Notes: generated by a model not told the origin, from the sequence alone. A stretch of 64,000 nt of DNA from a virus (IMGVR_UViG_3300018089_000001:96001-160000), one strand, 5' to 3'; shown: positions 19,445-30,591, counted from the stretch's first letter. Numbers and translations: made by a program.

Positions 19445-21243
19445 CAGACCAGCGCTCCCGGGAAGAAATCGTAGACGGTCCGGACGATCTGCATCAGGCC
19501 TGAGATCCCCCCGTAGGTGGTCAAGTCAAGCACTGCGGTGCCGATGGCGTCCCTCAGGGTCACGGCGTCCACGGGAGCGGTGGACCCGCTCGCGGGGATG
19601 GACGTCGGCGAGTAACGCGACTGCGTGGAGGCATTGACTCGGGTGGTGAGGGACGTCGCGAGCAGGGTCGGATCCAGCAGCGCGCTCTCGGGATCGATCG
19701 CCGAGAGAATCCTCGCGAGGCCCGCAGAGACGCTCTCCAGCGACTGCTGGGTCGGTTGGAAGCCAAGGGGGTCGTCCTTCTGGGCAGCGAAGAGGGTCAC
19801 GCCGGTCCCGTCTAGGACGGAGAGGATCGTCTGGGCGATCCCGTACGACGCCACCGCCGCGTCGATCGCAACGTGCACCTGGTTGATGTCACTCGGGACA
19901 AACATCCTGCCCGCCGAGGCCTCGGCGAACATCGAGGACGCGCGGGAGCCGATGTACGAGAACGAGCGGGTCTCGTCAGGCCCGTCTCCACGGCGCCTCG
20001 ATCCGAGCATGTTGCAGCCCGCCAGGATCCACCCGTAACCGGGGTCCCCATAGATGACCCGCGAGAGAGCGGGGTACGGGCTGACGGAGTCAAGGGAGCT
20101 TCCGGAACCGAGAGCGGCAGCGTCGGAGGCCACGAATGACCGGACGGAGTCCGCCTGGGCGGGACTGAGGTACAGGGAGTTCAGCGGCACATCGAACAGC
20201 GAGGAGTTCGCGGGTGCCTTCCGCTGCACACCGGAGAGGGAGTATGAGTAAAGGGTGCCGGGCTGATTGGAGCTGTCGATGACCGCCACGACATCGTCCC
20301 GCCTCACCCAGTCGTAAAACGACATGACCTGGTTGAAGTGGGGGTCCGTGAGCAACGCTGCGGTCGACGCCTGCGCGTCCTGCGCGGTGAACGTCGATGG
20401 TATGAAGTTTATGCCCGTAAACACGTCACGCTTCGCCAGGGTGTACCCGGACGCGTCCCGCATTTTGATCCAACAGACGATGGTCCCGGACTGCCTCTTA
20501 CCGTCGGTCACGACGTCAGCGGTGAACAGGAGGTACGGCTTGCGTCTCGAGAAGTCGAGCCTCGCGAGCGAGTCCAGCGCCTGCTTTCTCTTCACGAAGT
20601 CGGCATCGGGTTGGTATCCCAGGATGTCGACCAGCGGGTCGCCGCTCTGCCTAGAGATCCCGTCCACCGAGACCTCGAACGAGGCCAGTTGGGCGGCGGG
20701 AAGGTGGTCCTCGAAGGTCACCGTGCCCTCGTCGAAGCGACGGGCCACCGTAATGAGCTCGATCGTGGACTGCAGCAGCGACCTGGCCTCGCCGTCCCCC
20801 ACCGGGATGGCGTCAAACAGGCGTCGGTCGGCGTTGATCTGGTCGAACCTGGGCTTCGGGTTATCTGGAAGCAGGAAGCCCCTGCTCGCGGCGATCGCAC
20901 CGACCTGCGCGGCCCGAGCGAAGGCATTCACGATCGCGGACCTGATGGCGGCGATGGTCTCCACGACGGTGGAGCCGTTCGAAACGGTCCACGGGATGCC
21001 CAGACCGGTCCCGACGCTCCTGCAGATGGCCAGGAGGGCCTGCACCGTGGCCTCCGTGGCGGTATCCATGTTGCCTCCCTTGAGGGCGTCAGCGATCCTC
21101 TGGGCGGTCAGCGGGAGGACGGGCTGGGCGGGCGCCGGCGGATTCGGTGGAGGCGGGTCGAGGGGGGACCCTCCCGGACCGCGGGGGCCACCGCCTCCGC
21201 CGCCTCCACCGGTGTCGATGATTGATGGATCGTTGACGATCAT
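19444..21243 (-). CDS. Putative virion protein
   Basis: 599 aa, Gly/Pro-rich N-terminus, coupled within the structural operon. Confidence 0.65.
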   Translation of the reverse strand: MIVNDPSIIDTGGGGGGGGPRGPGGSPLDPPPPNPPAPAQPVLPLTAQRIADALKGGNMDTATEATVQALLAICRSVGTGLGIPWTVSNGSTVVETIAAIRSAIVNAFARAAQVGAIAASRGFLLPDNPKPRFDQINADRRLFDAIPVGDGEARSLLQSTIELITVARRFDEGTVTFEDHLPAAQLASFEVSVDGISRQSGDPLVDILGYQPDADFVKRKQALDSLARLDFSRRKPYLLFTADVVTDGKRQSGTIVCWIKMRDASGYTLAKRDVFTGINFIPSTFTAQDAQASTAALLTDPHFNQVMSFYDWVRRDDVVAVIDSSNQPGTLYSYSLSGVQRKAPANSSLFDVPLNSLYLSPAQADSVRSFVASDAAALGSGSSLDSVSPYPALSRVIYGDPGYGWILAGCNMLGSRRRGDGPDETRSFSYIGSRASSMFAEASAGRMFVPSDINQVHVAIDAAVASYGIAQTILSVLDGTGVTLFAAQKDDPLGFQPTQQSLESVSAGLARILSAIDPESALLDPTLLATSLTTRVNASTQSRYSPTSIPASGSTAPVDAVTLRDAIGTAVLDLTTYGGISGLMQIVRTVYDFFPGALV

Positions 21244-23975
21244 TCGTCCTCCCAGCCCCTAAGGGGTCGCGGATCGGCCGCCAACGCCGCCCTTTCCGCA
21301 TCGGAGAGCGCCGACAGGAACTTGCGGTCGAACGGGGAGTCCGTCAGGGCGATGCCGCCGTACACCCAATCGGAGAGGTGGCCCGAGGAGTCGAAGGACC
21401 TGACCCGATAGAAATACGAGTTGGCCATGGAGACATCGACGTCCAGGAAGCCTCGGTTGCCGACGAACGCTCGACGATCGATGAACGACGGGTCGGCGGA
21501 GATCCCGAGGGCGCGGCTCGATTCACGGGTGACGCGAGCGACACCCACGTACTCAAGGGAACGAGCGACCGCCGAGTCCATCGACGGCACCTTAGACCCG
21601 AACACGCGGTTTGTCACGGCGCGCTGGACCTCCCAGCCGTCAACGAAGATTCCCTGGTAGTCCCAGGAGACGACCACCCTCAGCGGCCGAACGGCCGTGG
21701 AGCTCGCCCTTACGAAGAGGACGGACGGGGGGGAGATTCCAGGCACGATGCTGACCCTAACGGGCGGCGTGTGGGGACTGACGAACGCCCCGCTCTGCAT
21801 GGCGATCACCCTGTACTCATACTCGAGGTTAGGAGTCGCGAGCGAAGGACGGAAGAGCGGAACCTCGACGGTCCCCACGGGGTCCACGAAGTACGAGGAA
21901 GTCGTGGCGGGCATGCTCTGCCAAACGGACTTCCCGACCTGCCTCCGCTCGACCTGGAATAGGCTGCGTTGCGCGGTGGCGGCTAGCACGTCCTGGTCGT
22001 CAATGAGCTCGCTCGGAGAGAAATCAAGCGTTCCGGGCTTCCATGAGAGCAGCACGCCGGTCGGTGAGCCGAGGTCGTCCGTGACGACGGTCCCGGTGAG
22101 CGCCACGGGGGCATCGGAGACGGGCTTGACGGACACGAAAACGGGCTGCGCCGGGACCGTGGCAGTCTCATTGCCGCGGATGTCGATCCCGACGACCGAG
22201 TACTGGTACGTGCGGTCGAACTCCACGACCCTATCGACGAAGCTCCCGACTCCGGAAATCGCGGAGACGATGCCGTTCCAAGCCTTGGATGAGAACTGGT
22301 TCAGTGACGGACCGGAACGAGAGCGCGCTCGCTTCGGGTCAACGGACCCGACCCTGAAATAGTCCGGAAACGTAGGCTGCCTGAAACCGTTCTCTCCGAT
22401 GCCGAGGTCCCTTCTCCCGATGACGAAGGAGGTCACCCTCCGGTCGTCGCAGGCCACGATGACGTTCACGGAGTGTCCCCCCGGCATCTGCTCGGCCGTG
22501 ATGGACGGGACCCCTAGCGGGATGACCCTCCCGGGGTCAGGCAGGAGGACGGAACAAGAGAACGGAGTCTGGGACTTCAGGCCGAAGGAGTCGACGGTGT
22601 AGACGCGGTAGTCCAGCGAGACCCCGAGCGGGGCCCCCCGATCGACGAATATCGCGGACCGGTCGGGACCAGCGCCGACGTCGCCGATGTGATAGAACCC
22701 CGAGTCGAGAACGGTCGGGATGCCGCGATCAATCATGGACCTATCGGTGGAGACCAGTCCGACCTGGCGCGGTGGGTCTCCACCGCGTCGAAAGAGCTCG
22801 AAGTGGTCGACGAACGACCCCGAGGTCCTGATCACGAAGCGTGGGACCGACGAGACCCCGTACAGGACATCGGGTGAGAGCGGCGGCGTCGAGCGCGTCA
22901 CCTCCACGATCACCAGCCTGGACCTCGTCCCGGAGACTCCGGAGGAGACTACCGCCACGACGTAATACACGTACCCACCGCCGTACACCACCGAGGGGTC
23001 GTGGAACTCGAACTCCGCGACGTCGCCGACCTTTCGTGCGGGGACCGCGGACACCCGAGCAACCTCAGAGAACCCCATCGAGTTTCCGGACGCCACGATG
23101 GCCGTGCTGGACCCCACAGACCTACCGCGCAGCACGTTCAACCCCTGCCTCTGCGCCGCCTGGAGGGGGAGGGAGACCTCCTCCCCGGGGCTCATGCTGC
23201 GGCGGTTCACGTAGAACCCCACGTTCTCGAGGACGCTCCGGTCCGCGTTGGCGACGGAGACAAGCGACGCGGGGCTCCCGCGTCTGTTCGTGTTCACAGG
23301 CGCGGGAAGGGGGCGCAGCGTCGGATTAGAGAGGACGTTACGCTGGTTGGCGAAGTGATCGTCAGCCACGAAGTCTGAGAGCTTGTTCGTGACTCCCACT
23401 CCGGCCACCCTAAGGGCCTGGTTGGAGATCACCTCAGTCGACTTGGTGCGCGACGAGAGTGGAATGGAGTCGGCGAGGGCCGAGAAGGACGGCTTCGGGG
23501 CGCTGACGGGCCCCGTCGATGCCCGCATGACCCGGAAGTAGGAGACCCTCGGAAGGTCACTCAGAAGCACCGAGAAGACCACGCGGGCGAAGAAGCTGTC
23601 GAGGACCCCGCGGGCGCGGTCGACGCCGACCTGGACGAAGTCAAGTTCGGGACGAGGCGGCGGCGGAGGAGCGACGACGACGGAGGTGGTAAGCCCGAAC
23701 TGGGCCGTCGAGACCGCGATGGCCGACCCGACAACGGTGGCCCCACCGAAACGGGTGATGAAGTCCGCCTTCGACCCCGAGGACACCGTCTGGAGAGGAG
23801 CGAGGCCCGAGATGAAGGCGCTCCTGACGGCGGTAACCTCCTGGGCGCCCTTGGCGGCCAGGTCAGCCACCGCGCTTCGCAGCGCGGTCAGCGACGCCGG
23901 CGCCTGGACGGACGCCGGAAGCGTGGTCGGAGAGAGGACGGCCGGTGACAGGGCGGCCGCAGAGAACACCGGCAT
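21240..23975 (-). CDS. Virion protein with multiple FN3-like repeats
   Basis: Repeated F.D..V..G..Y.Y.V pattern (FHDPSVVYGGGYVYYV, FVDRVVEFDRTYQYSV, FLDVDVSMANSYFYRV). Confidence 0.72.
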   Translation of the reverse strand: MPVFSAAALSPAVLSPTTLPASVQAPASLTALRSAVADLAAKGAQEVTAVRSAFISGLAPLQTVSSGSKADFITRFGGATVVGSAIAVSTAQFGLTTSVVVAPPPPPRPELDFVQVGVDRARGVLDSFFARVVFSVLLSDLPRVSYFRVMRASTGPVSAPKPSFSALADSIPLSSRTKSTEVISNQALRVAGVGVTNKLSDFVADDHFANQRNVLSNPTLRPLPAPVNTNRRGSPASLVSVANADRSVLENVGFYVNRRSMSPGEEVSLPLQAAQRQGLNVLRGRSVGSSTAIVASGNSMGFSEVARVSAVPARKVGDVAEFEFHDPSVVYGGGYVYYVVAVVSSGVSGTRSRLVIVEVTRSTPPLSPDVLYGVSSVPRFVIRTSGSFVDHFELFRRGGDPPRQVGLVSTDRSMIDRGIPTVLDSGFYHIGDVGAGPDRSAIFVDRGAPLGVSLDYRVYTVDSFGLKSQTPFSCSVLLPDPGRVIPLGVPSITAEQMPGGHSVNVIVACDDRRVTSFVIGRRDLGIGENGFRQPTFPDYFRVGSVDPKRARSRSGPSLNQFSSKAWNGIVSAISGVGSFVDRVVEFDRTYQYSVVGIDIRGNETATVPAQPVFVSVKPVSDAPVALTGTVVTDDLGSPTGVLLSWKPGTLDFSPSELIDDQDVLAATAQRSLFQVERRQVGKSVWQSMPATTSSYFVDPVGTVEVPLFRPSLATPNLEYEYRVIAMQSGAFVSPHTPPVRVSIVPGISPPSVLFVRASSTAVRPLRVVVSWDYQGIFVDGWEVQRAVTNRVFGSKVPSMDSAVARSLEYVGVARVTRESSRALGISADPSFIDRRAFVGNRGFLDVDVSMANSYFYRVRSFDSSGHLSDWVYGGIALTDSPFDRKFLSALSDAERAALAADPRPLRGWEDE

Positions 23976-24610
23976 CAGCGCTTCCTCGGGTTCGACCTGT
24001 TCGCCACCCTCATGCTGTCTGGCCCGGTGACACGTGGCTGGTCGTGCAGCAGCTCGTCGTCAACCGCGACTGCGACGAACGGGTCAGCCGCCCGCCGCGT
24101 GTTGAGGTCACGTCGAAACTCCAGCGGCTGCAACCCATTGGATCCGCTTGAGAAGACGCGCACGACGAAGCCCGGGTTCCCCCGTTCGACGTCTCCGGTG
24201 ACCCTGGGATCGATGGCGACGTAACCAGTCCCGGTCCGCCGATACACCCCGTTGGAGTCGACTCGCTGGTCGGCCATGAGGACAGCGGAGTCCCCGTCGG
24301 TCGGGGAGAGCATCTGGGGCAGCTCAACGTATCCGGGCGCGGCGGTGAAGATGTGATCGAGGGGCTCGAGCGGCGCGGTGGCGCCCCGGACGTCACGGAC
24401 GAACGGGGCCTCCATGATCGGGGTGGCCTCGATCTGGGTCTCCCTGTCCTCGTCGGAAAAGGAGCCGCTCGGCGCCGCCGGGTCGTAGTCCAAGCAGTCG
24501 TCGAACAGGCCGAAGAAGGCGAAGTCCAAGCGGCCAACGGCGAAGAGTTTGCGGCCGCGCTCCGTCAGGACCACGTCGATGACCCTACTCTGTTTGTCCA
24601 AGTAGCCCAC
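23975..24610 (-). CDS. Virion structural protein (paralog of 16688..17401)
   Basis: MGYLDKQSRVIDVVLTERGRKLFA...FGLFDDCLDY. Confidence 0.75.
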   Translation of the reverse strand: MGYLDKQSRVIDVVLTERGRKLFAVGRLDFAFFGLFDDCLDYDPAAPSGSFSDEDRETQIEATPIMEAPFVRDVRGATAPLEPLDHIFTAAPGYVELPQMLSPTDGDSAVLMADQRVDSNGVYRRTGTGYVAIDPRVTGDVERGNPGFVVRVFSSGSNGLQPLEFRRDLNTRRAADPFVAVAVDDELLHDQPRVTGPDSMRVANRSNPRKR

Positions 24611-24619
24611 GGGGATGGG

Positions 24620-27600
24620 TTAGGTAGACGAGGCGGACACAAACCGTTCGGCCAGTTGCCGCAGGTTCAGGGCGGGGTTCTGGTCAGACGCGATGTCTTG
24701 GAGCCGCTGCGGCAGGTCCAGCGTCCGCCGCGGCTGGAGGAAGTCCGAGGGTGAGAGGGACGCCACCGGCTCAGGAACCAACGGCACGAGGGTGGCCGAC
24801 GACTCCGGGATGGCGGGCATGCCACCCTGTCCGCTAAGCAACCAGCTCGGGGTTGATCCGACGATGTTCGCGAGGGCCCCAGAGAGCCTGTAGACGAGGG
24901 CGGTGTCCGCGGGGACGGTCCCGGTGTGGAGGCCCAACCCGAACGAGCGACCGACCTCCCCGGCCTGATCCGTCACGACATACGCGTCGGTCAGCCAGAA
25001 GTCCCACCCGGCCACGGCGGCGGATAGGAGCGGAGGAAACAGCGCCGCGTCGCTCCCCGAGATGGTGCTCACCAGTCGCGGCACGCCGGATTTCCGCGGT
25101 TGCCTCCTCCTGACATACCTCCCGGGCCTCGTGTGGTTCGGGGTCTCGAAAGTCAGCTCGAGCCTGACCTGACGGAAATACCAATTGGGAACCGGATTGT
25201 CGATGAACGACCCGCCAGCGACCAGCATGAGCTCCCAGGAGCCGCTGATCTCGACCCCGCGCAGCCCGGGACGAAAACCGGCCCAGAGGTCGGGTCGGTA
25301 GCTGTCGGGGACCGTCGAGTTCGACGTCCCGCTCGCGGGAGCGGCCTCGTTACCGACACGCTTCTTACAGATGACCGAGTCGAGCAGCGGGTAGATCGGC
25401 CGCAGTGAGTTGGTCCCGTAATTGACCCCGGTGGTAGGCCACTCGTTCACGTCGTTGGTTCCGCCGGCGCCGTTCAGCCAGCCCTTCGGCGGGGAGCCGG
25501 CCGAGGCGAACGTCTGGGAGCCCCTGATCCCTGACTCGGAGGTCCAGGGGACGTCTGATCCGAATGCGCTGTTCCTGGGGGTCGAGACTCCGGCATTAGG
25601 AGAGCCGGCGAAGTTCCCGCTGGGGGATCCGAAGAGATGCCGCGGGTTCGGAGTGGAGGCGCCGTCGCTGAACACGGTCCGCATCCCACGGTCCTTCTGC
25701 CAGACGGCGTAGTTCCGCATGAACTGGCCGCCGTCCAGGCCTCCACCCGAGGCGGGGTCGTTCCCATCGGTCGTGCTATCGAAGATCGCGGGCCCCTCCC
25801 AGAGCAGGAAGCTATCGCGATAGAACCGGTTCACGTTCGACCCGGTCCCCGCGTACATGCGACGGAACCCCTCGTGGATCCCGGCGAGGAAGGAGAACGT
25901 GTCGCCGGGCGAAGTGTACACGCGGACCAAACGGGGGTCGTTCCGGATGGGATGGGCATTCCCCCAGGTCAGGTTCGGACACCTGATGGCCACGCCGAGG
26001 TTTCCGAGCGGGTACGGGTCACCGGAGGACGACCCCTGGATCAGCTCCACCCAGACCTTGACGTCCACGAGCCTCCCCGACGCGCTCACTGGGATGAGGA
26101 TCGAGGCCGGCGCCCAGGCGGATGACTGCTTGGACGACCCCTCTCCGGGGACCAGGGCGTCCTCGGCGACTCCGGTGACGGTGCTGAACAGGGAGCCGCT
26201 GGCGGCGACGAACGACTGCGGGACCCAGGAACCGGACCTGATGACGGTGTCAGAGGCGGAGGCGGACTTCCGGACCATGATGGTCTGCAGCCTCGCCTCC
26301 TTGCTGAAGTGCAGCGTCGCCGAGGCGGGGACCGGGGAAGACTCCAGCGGAGCAGTTCCGCTGGTGAATGTGTTGAAATACCTGTTCTCGACGTCACTCG
26401 ACGAGAGAGACACCGCGACGTATGCCTGATTGAAACCGATCGACGCATGGGTCCAGGAAGGACTCTCGAACGTCCCCGTCAACCCCGCATCGATCACGGT
26501 GACCGAGGGGAATGGAATCCTCTCGATGTTGCTCACCGGTTGGGCCAGCAGCGTCGCGGCGAGCTTGCTCTTCTCGTATCCCCTGCCAAGGGTCACCGAT
26601 CCCTGAATCAGCAGGGATGACGATCCGATGACCGGCGAGTACGGCTCGTATGAGACGTTTGGACTGATTAGCGACGACATCACGCTGCCGCTGACCCTGA
26701 GGGAGTCGATGTCTGGGGCGTGCTGGACCTGGGCCCTCACAGAGCTGTTGAACTGCGGTGAGCCCGTGACGACCCCTCCCAACTGACGGGCGAAGTTCTC
26801 AAGCGCCTGCGTCATGTTCACGAGCACGCCGGAGGCAACGGCGGAGCCCGTGCTCATGTAAAGCGCCGCCATATCGAACGTTTCGTTGGCTCCGACCCAC
26901 CCGGTCTGCCCGTAATAGAAGTTCGCTGACGCGGTGATGAAGCCCCCGGGGACCGGGGAAGTGTTGGCGATCAGGGTCACACCCGTGTCAAGGGACCTTA
27001 TTCCGAAGCTTGCGACCCTTTGTGAGTAATCGATCCCACCCAGGGCGACGTGCCACTCACCCACCCTGAATCCCGCCGTACCGCCAGGCACGTCGCACTC
27101 GAGGAAACCGAAAGTTCCGGACCCGATGAACTGGTACGTCGTGCCGTCCCGTCCCGCAACGACCCAACCCTGCCTGAAACCCCCGTCGATCTTCCCGAAG
27201 ACGTTACCGAACGACCCGGTGAACGACCGCCACCGCCCCACATACCCGAAGAGCAGGTCGGAACCAGTCAGGATGTTGAAGTTAGCCCCACCATCGAAAC
27301 GAGATCCCCGGGAGCTTCCAGTGAACGTGACCGCGAGGTCGCTGCCGCTCAGCCACCCAAGGGTTCCGTAGACCGCGTTCCCACCGGTGCTTGTATCGAA
27401 CTGGAGGGCCAGCGGGGTTGACGGAGTGAACGAGGCCGTGAGGGACCCGGTGGTCTCATCCATGAGCCATCCGTAGTCCCAGCGTCCGAACCCGATGGCC
27501 GCAGCCATCTGGACGGATGAGCTCGGGTACACTCCCGCGGGGATGTTCGGCGTGACCATCACCGACCCCGGTCGGGTCCGGGTAACCGAGGGACCGGGAA

Positions 27601-27685
27601 CGAATCCCGCGGCCGGTGAGACGCCACGGCGGCCGTTCGTGAACCGCATCCCGCGACGGGGCCTGTAAACCTTGGTCTTCTTCAC
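24620..27685 (-). CDS. Large virion/tail protein (lectin-like module)
   Basis: 1021 aa, Ser/Gly/Thr-rich; shares a ~250 aa module with 12219..14843. Confidence 0.72.
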   Translation of the reverse strand: MKKTKVYRPRRGMRFTNGRRGVSPAAGFVPGPSVTRTRPGSVMVTPNIPAGVYPSSSVQMAAAIGFGRWDYGWLMDETTGSLTASFTPSTPLALQFDTSTGGNAVYGTLGWLSGSDLAVTFTGSSRGSRFDGGANFNILTGSDLLFGYVGRWRSFTGSFGNVFGKIDGGFRQGWVVAGRDGTTYQFIGSGTFGFLECDVPGGTAGFRVGEWHVALGGIDYSQRVASFGIRSLDTGVTLIANTSPVPGGFITASANFYYGQTGWVGANETFDMAALYMSTGSAVASGVLVNMTQALENFARQLGGVVTGSPQFNSSVRAQVQHAPDIDSLRVSGSVMSSLISPNVSYEPYSPVIGSSSLLIQGSVTLGRGYEKSKLAATLLAQPVSNIERIPFPSVTVIDAGLTGTFESPSWTHASIGFNQAYVAVSLSSSDVENRYFNTFTSGTAPLESSPVPASATLHFSKEARLQTIMVRKSASASDTVIRSGSWVPQSFVAASGSLFSTVTGVAEDALVPGEGSSKQSSAWAPASILIPVSASGRLVDVKVWVELIQGSSSGDPYPLGNLGVAIRCPNLTWGNAHPIRNDPRLVRVYTSPGDTFSFLAGIHEGFRRMYAGTGSNVNRFYRDSFLLWEGPAIFDSTTDGNDPASGGGLDGGQFMRNYAVWQKDRGMRTVFSDGASTPNPRHLFGSPSGNFAGSPNAGVSTPRNSAFGSDVPWTSESGIRGSQTFASAGSPPKGWLNGAGGTNDVNEWPTTGVNYGTNSLRPIYPLLDSVICKKRVGNEAAPASGTSNSTVPDSYRPDLWAGFRPGLRGVEISGSWELMLVAGGSFIDNPVPNWYFRQVRLELTFETPNHTRPGRYVRRRQPRKSGVPRLVSTISGSDAALFPPLLSAAVAGWDFWLTDAYVVTDQAGEVGRSFGLGLHTGTVPADTALVYRLSGALANIVGSTPSWLLSGQGGMPAIPESSATLVPLVPEPVASLSPSDFLQPRRTLDLPQRLQDIASDQNPALNLRQLAERFVSASST

Positions 27686-30591
27686 TCGTCATCCCCGCGG
27701 TCAACGATCGTAATCGAGCCGCTCACCTCGATGCGACCCTCGACGATCGGCCTGAGTTGGTACTGGTATTTCGGCCGCTCAAGCATGTGGCTCTCGACGA
27801 TCAGCTCGTCACCCTTGAACTGGGCCCGCGCGGGCAACAGGCGCTCGACGAGCGTGGCGAAGCTGGAATCAAAGAAGTCCAGCATGTCGACGAACACCCT
27901 GAAGTTCAGGCGACCCTGGAGCCTCTTGAAGTAGGTCTCCCTCATCTGCCTGATTCCCTCGTAGTCCTCGCGGTACTTGTTCACAGGCAGTCCGATCACC
28001 CGGGTGAGCTCATCGTACGAGGTCATGATGTGGGAGATGTCCTCGTTCAGGGCGTCGTACATGTTGAGCTCAAGGGAGACGAATCGCTCGTCTCGATACG
28101 CGTCGAACGGGTCGATGCGGGAACCGCTAAACACCCGGACCTTCTCCTGGTTCCAGCCGTAGTCGATCCCGGGGATGTACGCGTAGTCCTCGAGGAACTT
28201 GGTGAAGTTCACCTGGCTCGGACGGAAGCCACCGGCGGTCCCCGTCACAGAGTTCAGGGTGGAGTCCATCAGCGAGAACGACCCGTTCGCGTCGGCCGTG
28301 GAGGCGTCCGCCATCCGCCAGTGAACAATCAAGTCGGAGTTTCCGATCGAGACGTCGCGTCCATAGCTCTCGAAGTGGGCCGCGTGCGCGAACAGCTCAG
28401 ACGCTGACAGGTCGGTGTCCCAGAGGCGTAGCTCCTGGGCCCAGAACTGACCGCTAGATGGGACCAGTACCGAGCTACCGACCTCCATGAGTCTGTATCC
28501 GCTCGCGGCGTCGGATGCCGTCAGCAGGCTGGACGTCGAATAGGCGAGGTCGCCGGCGTCGTAGCGGATCGCCCGGAGCGAGTTCAGGCCCGTTTGGGTG
28601 TTCCGAGTGAATGAGATGTTGTAGAAGTTGTCGTCGAACAGCGAGGCCGAGGTCAACTGGACCCTCCCGAAGGAGGAGGTGACGTAGACGTTCCCTGTCT
28701 CACTGGAGGCCCCGGCCTTCTCGTACCAGGCGGCCACATACGTCGTGCCGCTCGAGAGAGTCCAGAGGGCTCCGGAGAGTTCGGTCGGGACGAGCGTCGC
28801 ATCCGTCGAGAGAGGGAACCTCACCCGCAGTTCGACGGAGAAGCTCGACCCGCTTGGGATCAGCGCGCTCGTTGCCTGAACGGTCGATCCGCTCAGGAAC
28901 GTCAGCGCGTAGACGCTCTTCTCGGCGGTGACCCTAGTGAGGGGTAGCGTCGACTCGTCCTTCCGCGCATACTCCTTCAGGCGGATGAAACCGTTGTCTG
29001 CCCCATACGAACGCAGGAGCGCCCGCACCGACTCCGCGGTGCCCTTAGTCTTGTAAATGTACGGGAGGTTCTGGAGGACGCGGCGCCAGAGCTGGGACTT
29101 CACCTCAGACAGCCTCGTCTCGAGCGAAGCGTTGGCGTCCGGACCGACACGCACGTTCCTCCCGACGAAGTACCGAAGCGCGTCGGTGTTGGCGAAGCTC
29201 CCCTGAAGCTTCCACCCCAGGAAGTCGCCGACCCCCTCGAGGAGCCCGTCGGGCGCCTGATCGAAGTCACCGAAACTAACGCGATGCAGGTTCGGCAACT
29301 GGTTCACGTACAGCTTGATCCTGTCGAAGTGCCTGGCCAGGGTCAGCGCGAAGCTCGAGAACACCGCCTGCGAGGTCGGGTCGGGACCGGAGAAAGCCTC
29401 GGGAAAGAGGGTGAAGATCAGGCTGGGATTGCTGCGGTCGTAAAGCACCCCTGACTGCTGGGCGTCCACGATGTACGAGACGACGTTTGGATCGTCAAGG
29501 CTCAGTATCGGGTCCGCGACGTCATTGACGTACGATCCCGACCCGAGGACGCCGGAGAAGAAGGACTGAATCCTTCCGTCAAGCGAGTGGCCCGACCTGT
29601 CCCTGACGACGCTGGCGTATGTCGACGGGGTCTGCGGACTCGCGTCGTTGAACTGCCACGACGCGAGGAGGTCCGACTGGGCGTAAACCTTCCTGTTGTA
29701 AGTTCCGCTGAGCTGCTGGGAGGTGCGGGCAGCGGACCAGACGCTGACCGAGTCGAGGCTGCCCGTGAATGGCCGGACCACCTTCCCCGAGACGGACCCG
29801 GAGCCCATGTAGAATGACCCGGATGCGAGGTCAAACCTGGACTGTAGAAGCAAGCTGGCGCTCGACACGAGGACCGGAAATGTACCGGTGGTCCCCACGT
29901 AGAGGGAGACGCTGCCTGTCGCTGTCGTATGGTCAATGACGGCGGCGAAGAACGACGGCATCGCCGCGAGCGCCCCCGTGACGGTGACGCTAGTCGACCC
30001 CGAGACCACCTGGAACCCTATCGCCGAACCGGTGGTGAACACGGTGTAACCGTTTGAGGTCCCCTGCCGGAGCTTCTGGAACACCACGAGCACGTCGTTT
30101 GACCCCGTCATGGGGGGCACGTGGACCCATCCTTGTACGGAGAGCGACCCCGTCCCGGGGCTCATGAATGACGTCCGGGAGGAGCCGTCCTGCGTGCCCA
30201 CGTCATCGACCCTGACGTATGACGCGGAGACCGACGGGTCGAACCTAAGGTGACCGGACCAGCTCGGCCACCCGCTGAGAAAGAACCGCTGGAAGCCGTC
30301 GAGTGAGTTCAGGAACTGCTGGGCGTCGTCCGCCGTTCCGCCGACAGGGTACGAGTTCAACACGTCATCCGCCGTGAGGGTCACGTACGACTCCGCGGAG
30401 TTGAACGTGACGAAATTGGCGAAGTCAGAGTAGTCGACGAGCAGGTCGACGCTGTCGCTTCCGGAAGACAGCGTCGAGACGAGGGCGTTCTCGGAGTCGA
30501 CGTCGGAGAACGATGACGCGTGCTGGTCCTGCACCGCGGCCGAGCCGCCGGCCCCGATGGTCCCATCGAATAGCTGGAAGATGTCCGGCAT
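27682..30591 (-). CDS. Baseplate/tail protein with LamG domains
   Basis: FTGSLDSVSVW, AQELRLW, and the wedge/tail motif NLPYIYKTKGTAESVRALLRSYG. Confidence 0.78.
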   Translation of the reverse strand: MPDIFQLFDGTIGAGGSAAVQDQHASSFSDVDSENALVSTLSSGSDSVDLLVDYSDFANFVTFNSAESYVTLTADDVLNSYPVGGTADDAQQFLNSLDGFQRFFLSGWPSWSGHLRFDPSVSASYVRVDDVGTQDGSSRTSFMSPGTGSLSVQGWVHVPPMTGSNDVLVVFQKLRQGTSNGYTVFTTGSAIGFQVVSGSTSVTVTGALAAMPSFFAAVIDHTTATGSVSLYVGTTGTFPVLVSSASLLLQSRFDLASGSFYMGSGSVSGKVVRPFTGSLDSVSVWSAARTSQQLSGTYNRKVYAQSDLLASWQFNDASPQTPSTYASVVRDRSGHSLDGRIQSFFSGVLGSGSYVNDVADPILSLDDPNVVSYIVDAQQSGVLYDRSNPSLIFTLFPEAFSGPDPTSQAVFSSFALTLARHFDRIKLYVNQLPNLHRVSFGDFDQAPDGLLEGVGDFLGWKLQGSFANTDALRYFVGRNVRVGPDANASLETRLSEVKSQLWRRVLQNLPYIYKTKGTAESVRALLRSYGADNGFIRLKEYARKDESTLPLTRVTAEKSVYALTFLSGSTVQATSALIPSGSSFSVELRVRFPLSTDATLVPTELSGALWTLSSGTTYVAAWYEKAGASSETGNVYVTSSFGRVQLTSASLFDDNFYNISFTRNTQTGLNSLRAIRYDAGDLAYSTSSLLTASDAASGYRLMEVGSSVLVPSSGQFWAQELRLWDTDLSASELFAHAAHFESYGRDVSIGNSDLIVHWRMADASTADANGSFSLMDSTLNSVTGTAGGFRPSQVNFTKFLEDYAYIPGIDYGWNQEKVRVFSGSRIDPFDAYRDERFVSLELNMYDALNEDISHIMTSYDELTRVIGLPVNKYREDYEGIRQMRETYFKRLQGRLNFRVFVDMLDFFDSSFATLVERLLPARAQFKGDELIVESHMLERPKYQYQLRPIVEGRIEVSGSITIVDRGDDE

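Noticed and set aside
21120-21215. Gly/Pro low-complexity run as a DNA repeat element
   Set aside because: Codons vary; it is a protein linker, like the Pro-rich tail of the portal.
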